A stretch of DNA of 64,000 nt from an uncultured Verrucomicrobiae bacterium. GTDB lineage: Bacteria; Chlamydiota; Chlamydiia; Chlamydiales; Rhabdochlamydiaceae. The position numbers were made by a program, and so were the translations under genes. Positions within the stretch are counted from its first letter, which is position 1; every line of letters starts with the position of its first letter. The notes beneath the pieces are model-generated. The model did no database searches. It was given only the letters and a program-made list of their open reading frames with translations, and was not told the DNA's origin. The stretch covers positions 640,001-704,000 of the forward strand of contig CAWDYW010000003.1 in assembly GCA_963806855.1 (NCBI GenBank), in the 5' to 3' direction. Shown here in pieces: positions 51,297 to 61,455 of the stretch.

Positions 51297-53638
51297 CTAC
51301 TTCCTTCCTTCTTCAGTCTCATCAAGAGTGGTATCTGCAAAGCCTCGAGGAGGATTTTTGCCAGTTGTTTCAGTTGGGCTTATGAAGATAGAGGGCTCTT
51401 GAGGGGCCCCTGCCTCGGCTCCTTTCACTTTGCTGCCGGGAGGAGGAGTTTCGGGGGCAAAGCTCGGTTGTCTGAATCCTGATTTATTGCCAGATTTTGG
51501 GGCATTATTGCTGTTGGCAACTGGCCCCCTAAAGGGAGAATCATTGTTCTGTTGTGGAGCTGCAAGCAAAGTTCTTATTTCTTGGATACGGGCATCCATT
51601 ACTAACAACAAATCACCAAAGATTTTTACAACAGAACCAGGCTTATATTCTCTACGGAGAAAGGTTTCTTCGACTATTTTTTTATGACGGAGGATTTCAT
51701 TTATTAGATCTTCTCCAGGGGTAAACGTAGCATAATCTGCGATAGATGCGTCGTAGGTGGCTATAGCGGATGGATTTTTCTCAAAAATTCATAGGGATGG
51801 AACGGCATGCGTTCCACTTTAGGAGCTTCGTCTCTCATTGGAGTAGCAGCCCCGGTAAGAGGGACAATTCTTCGTGCAGTAGTCTGCTCCACATTTCTAG
51901 GATTGGCTCGCTCCACTTGCCGCACAACATCATTGCTTTGCTGAGGTGCTGGTCTCCGTCTCACTATAACCTTAGGCTGTGCTGGTTCACTTTCTTGCTG
52001 AACGTTTTGAGATTGTGATTGCTGTGGTCCTCCTTGCTGAACGTTTTGAGGTGGTGGTTGCTGTGGTCCTCCTTGCTGAACGTTTTGAGGTGGTAGTTGC
52101 TGTTGTCCTCCTTGCTGAACGTTTTGAGGTGGTGGTTGCTGTGGTCCTCCTTGCTGAACGTTTTGAGGTGGCAGTTGCTGTTGTCCTTGCTGCGGAACGT
52201 TTTGAGGTGGTGGTTGCTGTTGTCCTCCTTGCTGAACGTTTTGAGGTGGTAGTTGCTGTTGTCCTTGCTGCGGAACGTTTTGAGGTGGTGGCTGCTGTTG
52301 TCCTCCTTGCTGAACGTTTTGAGGTGGTGGCTGCTGTTGTCCTCCTTGCTGAACGTTTTGAGGTGGTAGTTGCTGTTGTCCTTGCTGCGGAACGCCTTGA
52401 GGTTGTTGTTTAACTACCTTGGCGAGAATATATCCTCCGCCTGGTTGCGGTACGGCCACATAGTCATCATTAGCTGCTGGTTGTGGAGCTCCTTGAGGTT
52501 GAGGAACGGGTGCTCCCGGCTGTCCTACTGGAGGTTGTTGGCCGTTTGCTCCTTGCTGACCCTCTTGCTGCCCTGCTGGAGGTGGTGTTTGCTGATCTCC
52601 AGCCTTCTTCCTACCTTGTGGTGGTGTTTGCCAGCCGAGGTTGGGATCATATTCTGCGTCCGGCTTTTCTGTTGATTCAGCTTTAGATAATTCATTCGAA
52701 AGTTTATCTTTGAGCTCATCCAATTTATCTGCATGATCTCTTTTTAAATCATTATCGAATAATAAGTTCATATAAGCAAATTCGCGGATCTCCTCAATTA
52801 CATCTTTGGTTAGATATTTGCGGCAATCTGTTTTGTTGGCTTTAGGTCCAAACTCGGCATCCAGTTGATTTTTACTGGTATAGGCTAACCCCATAGAATA
52901 AAGATAGAAAGCTCCGAAGGCACATGCATAGTAAACGAGATTACCGGGAGACTCTGGAATGTATTCAGCACAGTATTGCCAGGCAAAATATCGCCCAGTC
53001 CATGTAAGACCGATCTGCGCTGCCCACTTTACTCCGAAACCAACGGAGTCACTCCAGGTGGGAGCTTTAGCTGAAGTTGGCAATTTTTTTATCAAAATAT
53101 CTTCGACTTCTTGGAAAAAGGCATTCACCTTTGTGTCTACATTGACACCACCTTTTTTCTTATCCTTTATTTCTTTCTTTTTTGCTTCAAGAGATTCTGT
53201 GAAAACCTTACAAGTTTTTAATTTGACTTCGATTTCCTTAAACGCTTCAGTATCTCTAATGCTAGCCGGTTTTCTGGTTACAAAGGATTGGACTCTTAAA
53301 GCAGCATGGCGAACGGCTTTTTCTAGACCCACAACCGGGGCGCATTCGGTTAGAAATTTTATTGTTTCTGCACCCCATTCCCCTTCTTTGGTATATTTAT
53401 GACCCCCAAGTTTTAGCGCTTGTAGAGTATTACACCATTTCTTTACGGATTCGGCAGTTTTATTAGCACTTTCTATTGTTTCATAAGGAAGGGCATCAAA
53501 TGTATGAAATCTATTGAGTGTAAAAGTGGTGAGACCTCCAAGAATTCCGCCTACTGCATTGGGCAATGATAAACTGAATAATCGGGGTGAAGGGCCGGGG
53601 TAAAGTGATGCGATTGAGAAGTATGTTAAAAATGACAT
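51297..53638 (-). CDS. Gln/Pro-rich repeat protein with a hydrophobic hairpin (Inc/effector-like); probable frameshift near 51780
   Basis: 625-aa ORF; a second frame is open from about 51787 to 51297 across T5/A5 runs; paralog of 53981..54937. Confidence 0.7.
51989..52378 (-). repeat. Coding VNTR, ten 39-bp units (QQQ[L/P]PPQNVQQGG)
   Basis: Tandem units counted in the translation. Confidence 0.9.
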
Positions 53639-53701
53639 GGGAGACCTCGTAGTATGGTTTTTTAAGTTTCGTCGGTTTTCACTAAGAAAAAATTTACGAG
53701 A

Positions 53702-53730
53702 AAGATAAGCATTGGCTTTTTTCTTGTCAA
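53702..53730 (-). promoter_or_regulatory. Sigma66/sigma70-type promoter, also conserved at 54982..55010
   Basis: TTGACA-17 nt-TATCTT upstream of both paralogs, with a diverged spacer. Confidence 0.7.
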
Positions 53731-53733
53731 CCT

Positions 53734-53960
53734 AGATTTTCCGATATGGATTAGGAACCTATCCCGATAAAAAGTTTCGGTCGATTTTCAGGTTCTTTTG
53801 AGCCGATTTTCGATTCAAATTCGGGGGTTCATATGCGGGAGGCTGATATTAACCCCCGAATTTGAATTGAAAATAGGCCAAAATAATCCCGAAAATCGAC
53901 GAAAAATTTTATCGGGATAGGTTCGTGACTATGAAGAAGATGATTATTCCAGCAATTCTG
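53734..53960 (+). repeat. 227-bp direct repeat copy 1: palindromic element family C (53755..53924) plus the first 10 codons of the efflux adaptor
   Basis: No differences seen by eye against 55016..55242; element ends gaacctatcccgataaaa / ttttatcgggataggttc. Confidence 0.92.
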
Positions 53961-53980
53961 GTCCTTCCTTCGATCAAAGT

Positions 53981-54937
53981 CTAGTGTGGACCACGTAATT
54001 TGAGTCCTGCGAGGACCAAAAGTTTATCTTCGAGCCCAATCAAATCATCTTCATGAGCAGCTCTTAATTCATCATTGATTAATAGATGAGTCTTAGCGGC
54101 CGCGCAGATCTCTTTAATTGTCGTTCCGGTTAGATATTTGCGCAAATCTGGCTTTATCGATCTGAGGTGATGCTCATTATTCAGTTGATATCTACTATAA
54201 TAGGCTAATCCTTCAAAATAAAGATACACAGCTCCGAGGAAACATCCATAGTAAGCGAGATTACCAGGAGATTTTGGAATGTAATCAGCCCAGTATTGCC
54301 AGGCAACATATCGCCCAAGCCATGTAAGACCGATCTGTGTTCCCCACTGTACTCCGAAACCAATGGAGTCAATCCATGTAGGGGCTGGGGCTAGATCTGA
54401 AGCTCGCATTTCTCTTATCAAAATTCTCTCAACCTCATCAAAAAAGACATTCAGATGAGCTTTTACATTGTATCCGTTTCTATTCTGATATTTTTCTAGA
54501 AGTTCTGTATATATCCTTCCAGATTTTGTTGTGAGTTTGATTCGTTTAAACAAGTCGTTGTCTCTAATGTTAATTGGATTTACAAAAAAATGGACTTTTA
54601 AAGCAGCAAGGCGAGCAGCTCTTTCTAGAGCCACAATTGGAGTGGTCGAGAATGCATATTTTATTATTTCTGCACTGCATGCCCCTTCGCGTGTATATTT
54701 GTGGCGCCCAAACTTTAGCGTTTGTAGCGTATTACAGCCTTCCAATACGTTTCCGACAGCTTTTTTAGCGCATTTTATTGTTTCATCAGAAAGGGCCTCA
54801 GGTTTAGTAAATAGTTTGAGTCCAGAAGTGGTTAACCCTCCAACAATAGCCCCTATTGCGTTGGGTAGGGAATAACTGAAAACACGGGGTGAGGGGCCAG
54901 GGAAAAGTGATAGAGTAGAATAAATTCCTAATAACAT
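53981..54937 (-). CDS. Shorter paralog of the Gln-rich protein, without the repeat tail
   Basis: Shared PGPSPR..SLPNA, CNTLQ.LK.G.HKYT.EG, GFGV.W..QIGLTW.GRY.AWQY, SPGNL.YY.C, RKYLT. Confidence 0.8.
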   Translation of the reverse strand: MLLGIYSTLSLFPGPSPRVFSYSLPNAIGAIVGGLTTSGLKLFTKPEALSDETIKCAKKAVGNVLEGCNTLQTLKFGRHKYTREGACSAEIIKYAFSTTPIVALERAARLAALKVHFFVNPINIRDNDLFKRIKLTTKSGRIYTELLEKYQNRNGYNVKAHLNVFFDEVERILIREMRASDLAPAPTWIDSIGFGVQWGTQIGLTWLGRYVAWQYWADYIPKSPGNLAYYGCFLGAVYLYFEGLAYYSRYQLNNEHHLRSIKPDLRKYLTGTTIKEICAAAKTHLLINDELRAAHEDDLIGLEDKLLVLAGLKLRGPH

Positions 54938-55015
54938 AATGGTCCTTGCAGTTTTGATTTCATTACGAAAAATTACAGAGAAAGATACGTAATGGATTTT
55001 CACTTGTCAACATCA

Positions 55016-55242
55016 AGATTTTCCGATATGGATTAGGAACCTATCCCGATAAAAAGTTTCGGTCGATTTTCAGGTTCTTTTGAGCCGATTTTCGATTCAA
55101 ATTCGGGGGTTCATATGCGGGAGGCTGATATTAACCCCCGAATTTGAATTGAAAATAGGCCAAAATAATCCCGAAAATCGACGAAAAATTTTATCGGGAT
55201 AGGTTCGTGACTATGAAGAAGATGATTATTCCAGCAATTCTG
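55016..55242 (+). repeat. 227-bp direct repeat copy 2; element C at 55037..55206
   Basis: Matches 53734..53960. Confidence 0.92.
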
Positions 55243-56052
55243 ATCTTGTTGATTGCACTTGGAGCGGCACTTTTTTTCGCTTATAAGAAAGAGGTCAAAA
55301 CACATGAACTGGTCCTCTATGGCAATGTCGATGTGCGGCAAGTTGACATCGGTTTTCGTGTCGCTGGAAGGGTGGCAGAGCTGAAGTTTGAAGAGGGCGA
55401 TTGTGTCGAAAAAGGGGCGCTGATGGCAGTTCTAGATAGGTCTCCGTATGATAGTCAAATTTCTCAAGCGGAGGCCAATTTAGCTTCGATCAAGGTCAAT
55501 TTGGATAATGCGAACCTTGTCTTGAATCGACGTTGTCAGGCTGTTGGTTTTGGAGGGGTCTCTTGTGAAGATCTCGACAATGCGCAGGCGTCGAGCGCAC
55601 AGCTGATCGCCAATCTGAGCGCTGCTGAGGCGGCAGTTAAAATCGCGCTCGACAATATGAGCTACACGGAGGTGCGAGCGCCGACTGATGGGATAATTCT
55701 GTCGCGCATTCGGGAGCCGGGGACGGTGGTCAACCCTTCGGAGCCTGTCTATACTCTCTCGGTCACCTCTCCGGTCTGGATCCGCGCCTATGTCGACGAG
55801 ACAGATTTGGGCAAGATCTACTATGGGATGAAGGCTGAAATTCACACCGACAGCGGAAAGGTCTATCATGGGCAGATCGGCTTTATTTCGCCGGTCGCGG
55901 AGTTTACGCCGAAGACGGTCGAGACGGCGAAGTTGAGAACTGATCTTGTTTACCGCCTGCGGGTATATGCTGATAATCCTGACCACTTTTTAAAGCAGGG
56001 GATGCCTGTGACGGTGAAATTGCATCTCCAAAATGAGGAAAAATGTGAGTGA
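55213..56052 (+). CDS. HlyD-family periplasmic adaptor (YbhG-like)
   Basis: LYGNVDVRQV, APTDG, ISPVAEFTPKTVET..RTDLVYR, GMPVTV. Confidence 0.9.
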   Translation: MKKMIIPAILILLIALGAALFFAYKKEVKTHELVLYGNVDVRQVDIGFRVAGRVAELKFEEGDCVEKGALMAVLDRSPYDSQISQAEANLASIKVNLDNANLVLNRRCQAVGFGGVSCEDLDNAQASSAQLIANLSAAEAAVKIALDNMSYTEVRAPTDGIILSRIREPGTVVNPSEPVYTLSVTSPVWIRAYVDETDLGKIYYGMKAEIHTDSGKVYHGQIGFISPVAEFTPKTVETAKLRTDLVYRLRVYADNPDHFLKQGMPVTVKLHLQNEEKCE

Positions 56053-57721
56053 GTCCCTCGTCACGATTCAAGATCTCTCCAAGGTGTTTATCAAGGGAGA
56101 GGCTCCTGCGATCGACGGGATCAGTGCAGTCGTGCCAAAGGGACAGATTGTCGGTTTAGCGGGTCCCGATGGAGCTGGCAAGACGACGCTGATTCGGCTG
56201 ATCGCGGGGCTGCTGCTTCCAACCTCAGGAACTGTAGAGACGGCGAGGCCACTTGGCTACATGCCTCAAAAATTTGGGCTCTACGAAGATTTAACGGTCG
56301 GTCAAAATCTCAATCTCTATGCCGATTTGCAGGGCGTTCTCGGTGAAGAGCGAACGCTGGCTTTTAAAAAGCTGCTCGAATTTACCGATCTTGCGCCGTT
56401 TACCGAGCGGCTTGCTGGCGATTTATCGGGAGGAATGAAACAGAAGCTTGGCCTGGCCTGTGCGCTGATCAAAAAGCCGATTTTGCTCTTGCTCGATGAG
56501 CCGACGGTGGGGGTCGATCCCATTTCGCGGCGTGAGCTATGGAAAATGATTCAGGCGCTACTTCAGCAGGGGATTTCGATTTTGTGGAGCACCTCGTATT
56601 TGAATGAGGTGGAGGAGTGCGACAGCGCCCTTTTGATCAATGAGGGGAAGTTGCTCTACAATGGTTCGCCTCATGAGCTGACCGAGCGGGTCGAGGGACG
56701 GGTCTTTAAGGTCACCAACATCGTCGGCAATCATCGCAAGCTCCTTTTCGAGCTGCTCAATCAAAAAAATGTGCTCGATGGGGTGATCCAGGGCAGCGAT
56801 CTGCGGATCGTGACGCGTGAGCCGGGGACTCCTCAGTTTGCGATCGAAGCTTACAAATTTGAGATCGAGCCGCAAAAGCCCCGCTTTGAAGATGCCTTCA
56901 TGGATATTTTGGGAGGGGGGCCAGGAGGGAGTTCTAAGCTCGCCGACCTGCGCCCTCAAGTTGTCGAAAAGATCGAAACCCCAATAGAGGCAATAGCGCT
57001 GACGAAGAAATTTGGCGATTTCATTGCGGTCGACGACATCAGTTTTAAGATCAACAAAGGGGAGATTTTTGGACTACTTGGACCTAACGGAGCGGGAAAA
57101 TCGACCACTTTCAAGATGCTCTGCGGGCTGCTTCAACCGACAAGCGGCAAGGCACTGGTAGGTGGCCTCGATCTAGCGAGCGTTAGAGGAGAGGCGCGGA
57201 GGGAGATCGGCTACATGGCCCAAAAATTCTCTCTCTACAGTACTCTTTCGGTGAAGCAGAATCTTAGCTTTTTTGCGGGTATCTACAATCTCAAGAGGGC
57301 TGAAAAAGAGAAGGCGATTGGCGAGATGATCGAAATCTTCGGCCTCAAGCAATATCTCTCTACTAGCGCTGGGATGCTGCCACTCGGATATAAACAGCGT
57401 CTGTCGCTGGCCTGCGCCAATATGCATCGTCCTGCTGTGCTCTTTCTCGATGAGCCGACATCAGGGGTCGATCCAATTACAAGGCGGGAGTTTTGGAACC
57501 ACATCAATGGGCTAGTGGGCAAAGGGGTGACGGTGATGGTGTCGACTCACTTCATGGATGAGGCCGAATATTGCGACAGGATCGCCCTCGTTTATCGAGG
57601 AAAGGTGATCAAGATCGATACTCCAGATGCGCTAAAAGGGAGCGTCAAATCCACTGAGAATCCAAACCCGACGATGGAAGATGCCTTTGTCAATTTGATT
57701 GAGGCCTATGATAGAAGATAA
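56045..57721 (+). CDS. Double-domain ABC ATPase (YbhF-like)
   Basis: GPDGAGKTT and GPNGAGKST, LSGGMKQK, two LDEPT. Confidence 0.92.
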   Translation: MSESLVTIQDLSKVFIKGEAPAIDGISAVVPKGQIVGLAGPDGAGKTTLIRLIAGLLLPTSGTVETARPLGYMPQKFGLYEDLTVGQNLNLYADLQGVLGEERTLAFKKLLEFTDLAPFTERLAGDLSGGMKQKLGLACALIKKPILLLLDEPTVGVDPISRRELWKMIQALLQQGISILWSTSYLNEVEECDSALLINEGKLLYNGSPHELTERVEGRVFKVTNIVGNHRKLLFELLNQKNVLDGVIQGSDLRIVTREPGTPQFAIEAYKFEIEPQKPRFEDAFMDILGGGPGGSSKLADLRPQVVEKIETPIEAIALTKKFGDFIAVDDISFKINKGEIFGLLGPNGAGKSTTFKMLCGLLQPTSGKALVGGLDLASVRGEARREIGYMAQKFSLYSTLSVKQNLSFFAGIYNLKRAEKEKAIGEMIEIFGLKQYLSTSAGMLPLGYKQRLSLACANMHRPAVLFLDEPTSGVDPITRREFWNHINGLVGKGVTVMVSTHFMDEAEYCDRIALVYRGKVIKIDTPDALKGSVKSTENPNPTMEDAFVNLIEAYDRR

Positions 57722-58841
57722 ATTCAGTTGGCGCCGCCTTAAGGCTCTTCTCATCAAGGAAAGCTATCAGATCATCCGCGATCCAAGTTCGATTCTGATC
57801 AGCGTTTTTCTTCCGCTCCTTCTGCTGTTTTTATACGGCTATGGGGTATCGCTCGATTTAGACCATCTGCGGATCGGTTTGGTGATGGAGGACACGGCCC
57901 CAGATGCCCAGAGCTTGACCAAATCGTTTACCGATTCCCGCTATTTCGATGTGAAAATTTTCCGCGACCGGCGTGAAGTAAACGAAGATATCGTCGGAGG
58001 GAAAATCCGAGGCTTTGTGGTCATCCCATCCTACTTTTCCGATTTTCGCGGCCGAGAAGCGACCATCGCTCCGATTCAGGCTATTGCCGATGGGAGCGAA
58101 ACCAACACGGCAAACTTTTTCCAATACTACGTACAAGGAACATTTGCCAATTGGCTGCAGCAGGAGGGGATCAGCAGCAACTTAACTGGGTTGCCCCATA
58201 TCGATGTCCAGCCGCGGGTTTGGTACAATGAGGAGCTGGAGAGTCGTTACTTTTTGTTGTCGGGGTCCCTGGCGATTATCATGACGCTGATCGGCACACT
58301 GCTTACGGCTCTTGTCGTCTCTAAAGAATGGGAAAGGGGGACCATGGAGGCGCTCATCTCGACACCGCTCAAGACATCAGAGATTATCGCGGGGAAAGTG
58401 ATCCCCTATTTTTTGCTTGCGCTGGTCTCGATGACAATTTGCGTGCTGGCGTCTGTCTTTATCTTTGGGCTCCCTTTTCGGGGATCGCTGCTGTTGCTGC
58501 TCCTGGTCACGAGTGCCTTTTTGGTCAGCGCTCTGGGACTTGGACTGATGATCTCCACAGTATCTAAAAGTCAGGCGCTCTCCTACCAAATTGCCACGGT
58601 GACGGCCTTCTTCCCAGCCTTTATTCTCTCCGGATTTCTTTTCGAAATCTTCAGTATGCCCAAATGGATTCAATATTTGACCTATATCATTCCTGCCCGT
58701 TACTTCGTCCAATCGGTCCAAACACTTTTTCTCGTTGGCAATGTGTGGCCTTTAATAATCAGGAATATCATCCCGATGGTGGGGATCGGATTCATCTTTT
58801 TTACGATCGCCAAAATCAAAACCGTAAAACGACTGGAGTAA
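57708..58841 (+). CDS. ABC-2 permease (YbhS-like)
   Basis: QIIRDPSS, EWERGTMEAL, LSGFLF. Confidence 0.9.
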   Translation: MIEDKFSWRRLKALLIKESYQIIRDPSSILISVFLPLLLLFLYGYGVSLDLDHLRIGLVMEDTAPDAQSLTKSFTDSRYFDVKIFRDRREVNEDIVGGKIRGFVVIPSYFSDFRGREATIAPIQAIADGSETNTANFFQYYVQGTFANWLQQEGISSNLTGLPHIDVQPRVWYNEELESRYFLLSGSLAIIMTLIGTLLTALVVSKEWERGTMEALISTPLKTSEIIAGKVIPYFLLALVSMTICVLASVFIFGLPFRGSLLLLLLVTSAFLVSALGLGLMISTVSKSQALSYQIATVTAFFPAFILSGFLFEIFSMPKWIQYLTYIIPARYFVQSVQTLFLVGNVWPLIIRNIIPMVGIGFIFFTIAKIKTVKRLE

Positions 58842-58844
58842 ACT

Positions 58845-59951
58845 GTGTTTTCTAGAACTTTAGCGCTGATTTGGAAAGAGATTCTCGCCGTCATGAGGGA
58901 TCCCAAAAGCCGGATTTCGATCTTGGCCCCTCCGTGTATTTATATCTTGATTTTTGCTGAAGCTGCCACCCTCGATGTCAAAAATGTGCCGGTCGGCATC
59001 TTAAATCGGGACAATGGGGCGCAAGCCTTCGAGCTGGTGGAACGGTTTGAGGGGACCCCCTTCTTTAACCGGATCGTTTTTCTCAAAGGGGAAGAAGAGA
59101 TTGCCCCTTTCATCGACACCCAAAAAGGGATCATGGTGATCTCAATAGACGAAGAGTTTTCCCGCAATCTCAATGAAAATCTGCCAGCCCAGGTGCAACT
59201 GATTTTGGATGGGAGAAAGTCGAACACCGCACAAATCCTTTCCGGTTATGCGACAACTATCATCCAGCAGTACAATGCCGATTTCTCTGCAGAGGCGGGG
59301 ATCCCACAGCAAAATGTGGAGCTCTTTCCCCGTTTCTGGTATAACCCCAATGCCCTCTACGTTTGGTACAATATCCCTTCCCTTGTCTGTACCTTGACGA
59401 TGCTCGCCTGCCTCGTTGTCACCACCCAGTCGATCGCTCGAGAGCGGGAGCTGGGCACCTTCGATCAGCTGCTCGTCTCGCCCCTCACCACCCGGGAAAT
59501 GCTCATCGGCAAAACGGTCCCTGGCATTTTGGTCGGGATGTTAGAGGGGACTTTTCTCCTGGTGCTCGGAACGATCCTCTTTGATGTCCCCTTTAGAGGA
59601 TCCCTGGCCCTCTTTTTTCTTTCCCAGTTTGTCTTTGTGACCGCGATCAGCGGCTTCGGCCTCTTCATCTCCTCCCTTTGCTATACGCAGCAGCAGGCGA
59701 TGCTCGGGACCTTCATTTTCATGGTCCCCTCTGTCCTTCTCGCAGGCTTCGCTACCCCGATCGAAAACATGCCCAAGTGGCTGCAGCCCGTCAGCTACTT
59801 GATGCCGCTGCGCTATATGCTCGTCAATACCAAGGGAATATTTCTAAAAGAGATGCCGGCTTGGCTCGTTCTCCACAACACCTGGCCGATGGCACTTATC
59901 GGGGTCTTTACGCTCTCAATTGCAGGAATCTTCTTCCGTAGACTGCGATGA
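58845..59951 (+). CDS. ABC-2 permease (YbhR-like)
   Basis: DGRKSNTA, ARERELGTFDQLLVSP, TPIENMP. Confidence 0.9.
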   Translation: MFSRTLALIWKEILAVMRDPKSRISILAPPCIYILIFAEAATLDVKNVPVGILNRDNGAQAFELVERFEGTPFFNRIVFLKGEEEIAPFIDTQKGIMVISIDEEFSRNLNENLPAQVQLILDGRKSNTAQILSGYATTIIQQYNADFSAEAGIPQQNVELFPRFWYNPNALYVWYNIPSLVCTLTMLACLVVTTQSIARERELGTFDQLLVSPLTTREMLIGKTVPGILVGMLEGTFLLVLGTILFDVPFRGSLALFFLSQFVFVTAISGFGLFISSLCYTQQQAMLGTFIFMVPSVLLAGFATPIENMPKWLQPVSYLMPLRYMLVNTKGIFLKEMPAWLVLHNTWPMALIGVFTLSIAGIFFRRLR

Positions 59952-61391
59952 GGCCCAGTCGCCCCCAATTGCCTTATAGATCCCGACCAAGTCTCCCGTC
60001 AGAGCTTGCTCGCTTTCGATATAGGAATTTTCCGAATTGATCACCGCTTTGCGAGCCTGCAGCACCTGCAGCTCATTTCCGATCCCGACGCAATAGAGCC
60101 CTTCGGTGATCTCCAAAGTGCGCCGATCAGCCTCGAACCGATTCTTGAAAGACTCGTGCCGATTTTCCTCTTGAAAATAGGCCACTAGTGCACTCTCGAC
60201 ATCCTTAAGTGACGTCAGCACTGTTTTCTCATAGTTGAGAAGCGCTTGCCTCTGCAGAGATTTTTGCACATCGACCTTGCCGCGCACCCTTCCAAAATCA
60301 ATCAGATTCCAATTAAGCCCAAGCCCCACGCTAAAGTTACGGCTGGCAGATTCCAAGATTTGTCCCAGTTTATTGCTGAGCCATCCCACAGAAGATCCCT
60401 CTCGATTGCCTGCGCCAAAATTTAGACCCGTCAAAGCAATGTGAGGGAAGTAGTCGGCAATCGCCGCCCCAACCTGCTCCGTTGCCGCAGCGAGCTGCCT
60501 CTCCGCGCTGCGGACATCTGGCCTGCGGCGCAGAAGCTCTGAAGGTAGACCGACTGGCACTCGACCACTGCCTGAGGGAATCGGACCTAGCTCTTGAAAA
60601 GAGGCTGCAAGACCCTCCGGCTGCCGTCCCAAGAGGATGGCGAGCGCATAGATCGACTGTTTGAACGAAGTTTCAAGAACAGGAAGCGTAGCGCGATCGG
60701 CCTCAAGCGTCGAAATCTGCGTCGTCACTTGCATCTCGTTGTCAATGCCGATCTCATAGAGGTTTTTGGCAATTCCCAATTCCTGCTCATCGGCCTCAAT
60801 CAGCCGCTTGGTCAATGCGATTTTCTTCTGCAGAGCCCGGATGTTGGTGTAATTGACCGCCACCTCGCTGATCATCGAGATCAGCACATTCCTCGAATCC
60901 TCGATCGTAGATTCCAAAGTGTAGTAGGCAGCATTTTTCCCGTGCCGGAATTTGCCCCAGAAATCCAGTTCCCAAATCGCATCAAACCCCACTTGGAACA
61001 TATCGAGAAATTTCGGCAAGAGTGTCACCCCTCCAGGAAGAGGCGTCGCTGGCGCAGGGAATAAGTTCTGGCTAATTTTAGTGCGCGTCGCTACCGCATT
61101 CAAATCAATTTCGGGCCACAAATAGGACCGTTCGATCCGGTACTGGGCCCGCGTTTGCTCGATTTTCTCAATGGCGATCCGCAGGTCGTAGTTCGAAGTG
61201 ATGGCCTCGACGATCAAAGAATCAAGTAGAGGATCGCCGAATTGACGCCACCAAAAGCACAGATCAGCATTGGAGCATTCGCATTCCTTACTCTCTTCAA
61301 AGCAGCAGGGGATCGCTATGTCGGGCTCTTGGTATTTGGGACCGACCATGCATCCAATAAAGAGGAGGAAAATAGGTAAAAAATATTTCAT
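59916..61391 (-). CDS. NodT/TolC-family efflux outer-membrane lipoprotein
   Basis: Lipobox GC-MVGP, WWRQFGDP, WELDFWGK, PSELLRRRPDVRSAE, YKAIGGDW. Confidence 0.92.
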   Translation of the reverse strand: MKYFLPIFLLFIGCMVGPKYQEPDIAIPCCFEESKECECSNADLCFWWRQFGDPLLDSLIVEAITSNYDLRIAIEKIEQTRAQYRIERSYLWPEIDLNAVATRTKISQNLFPAPATPLPGGVTLLPKFLDMFQVGFDAIWELDFWGKFRHGKNAAYYTLESTIEDSRNVLISMISEVAVNYTNIRALQKKIALTKRLIEADEQELGIAKNLYEIGIDNEMQVTTQISTLEADRATLPVLETSFKQSIYALAILLGRQPEGLAASFQELGPIPSGSGRVPVGLPSELLRRRPDVRSAERQLAAATEQVGAAIADYFPHIALTGLNFGAGNREGSSVGWLSNKLGQILESASRNFSVGLGLNWNLIDFGRVRGKVDVQKSLQRQALLNYEKTVLTSLKDVESALVAYFQEENRHESFKNRFEADRRTLEITEGLYCVGIGNELQVLQARKAVINSENSYIESEQALTGDLVGIYKAIGGDWASSQSTEEDSCN

Positions 61392-61455
61392 AGAGGCCCA
61401 TCCTCTATATAGAGGCGGGGGAATTGTTGATCAATGATATTTGCACAAGGCAAAA

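Noticed and set aside
51979..52413. Plus-strand ORF with VVLLAERFE repeats
   Set aside because: Antisense shadow of the Gln-rich VNTR.
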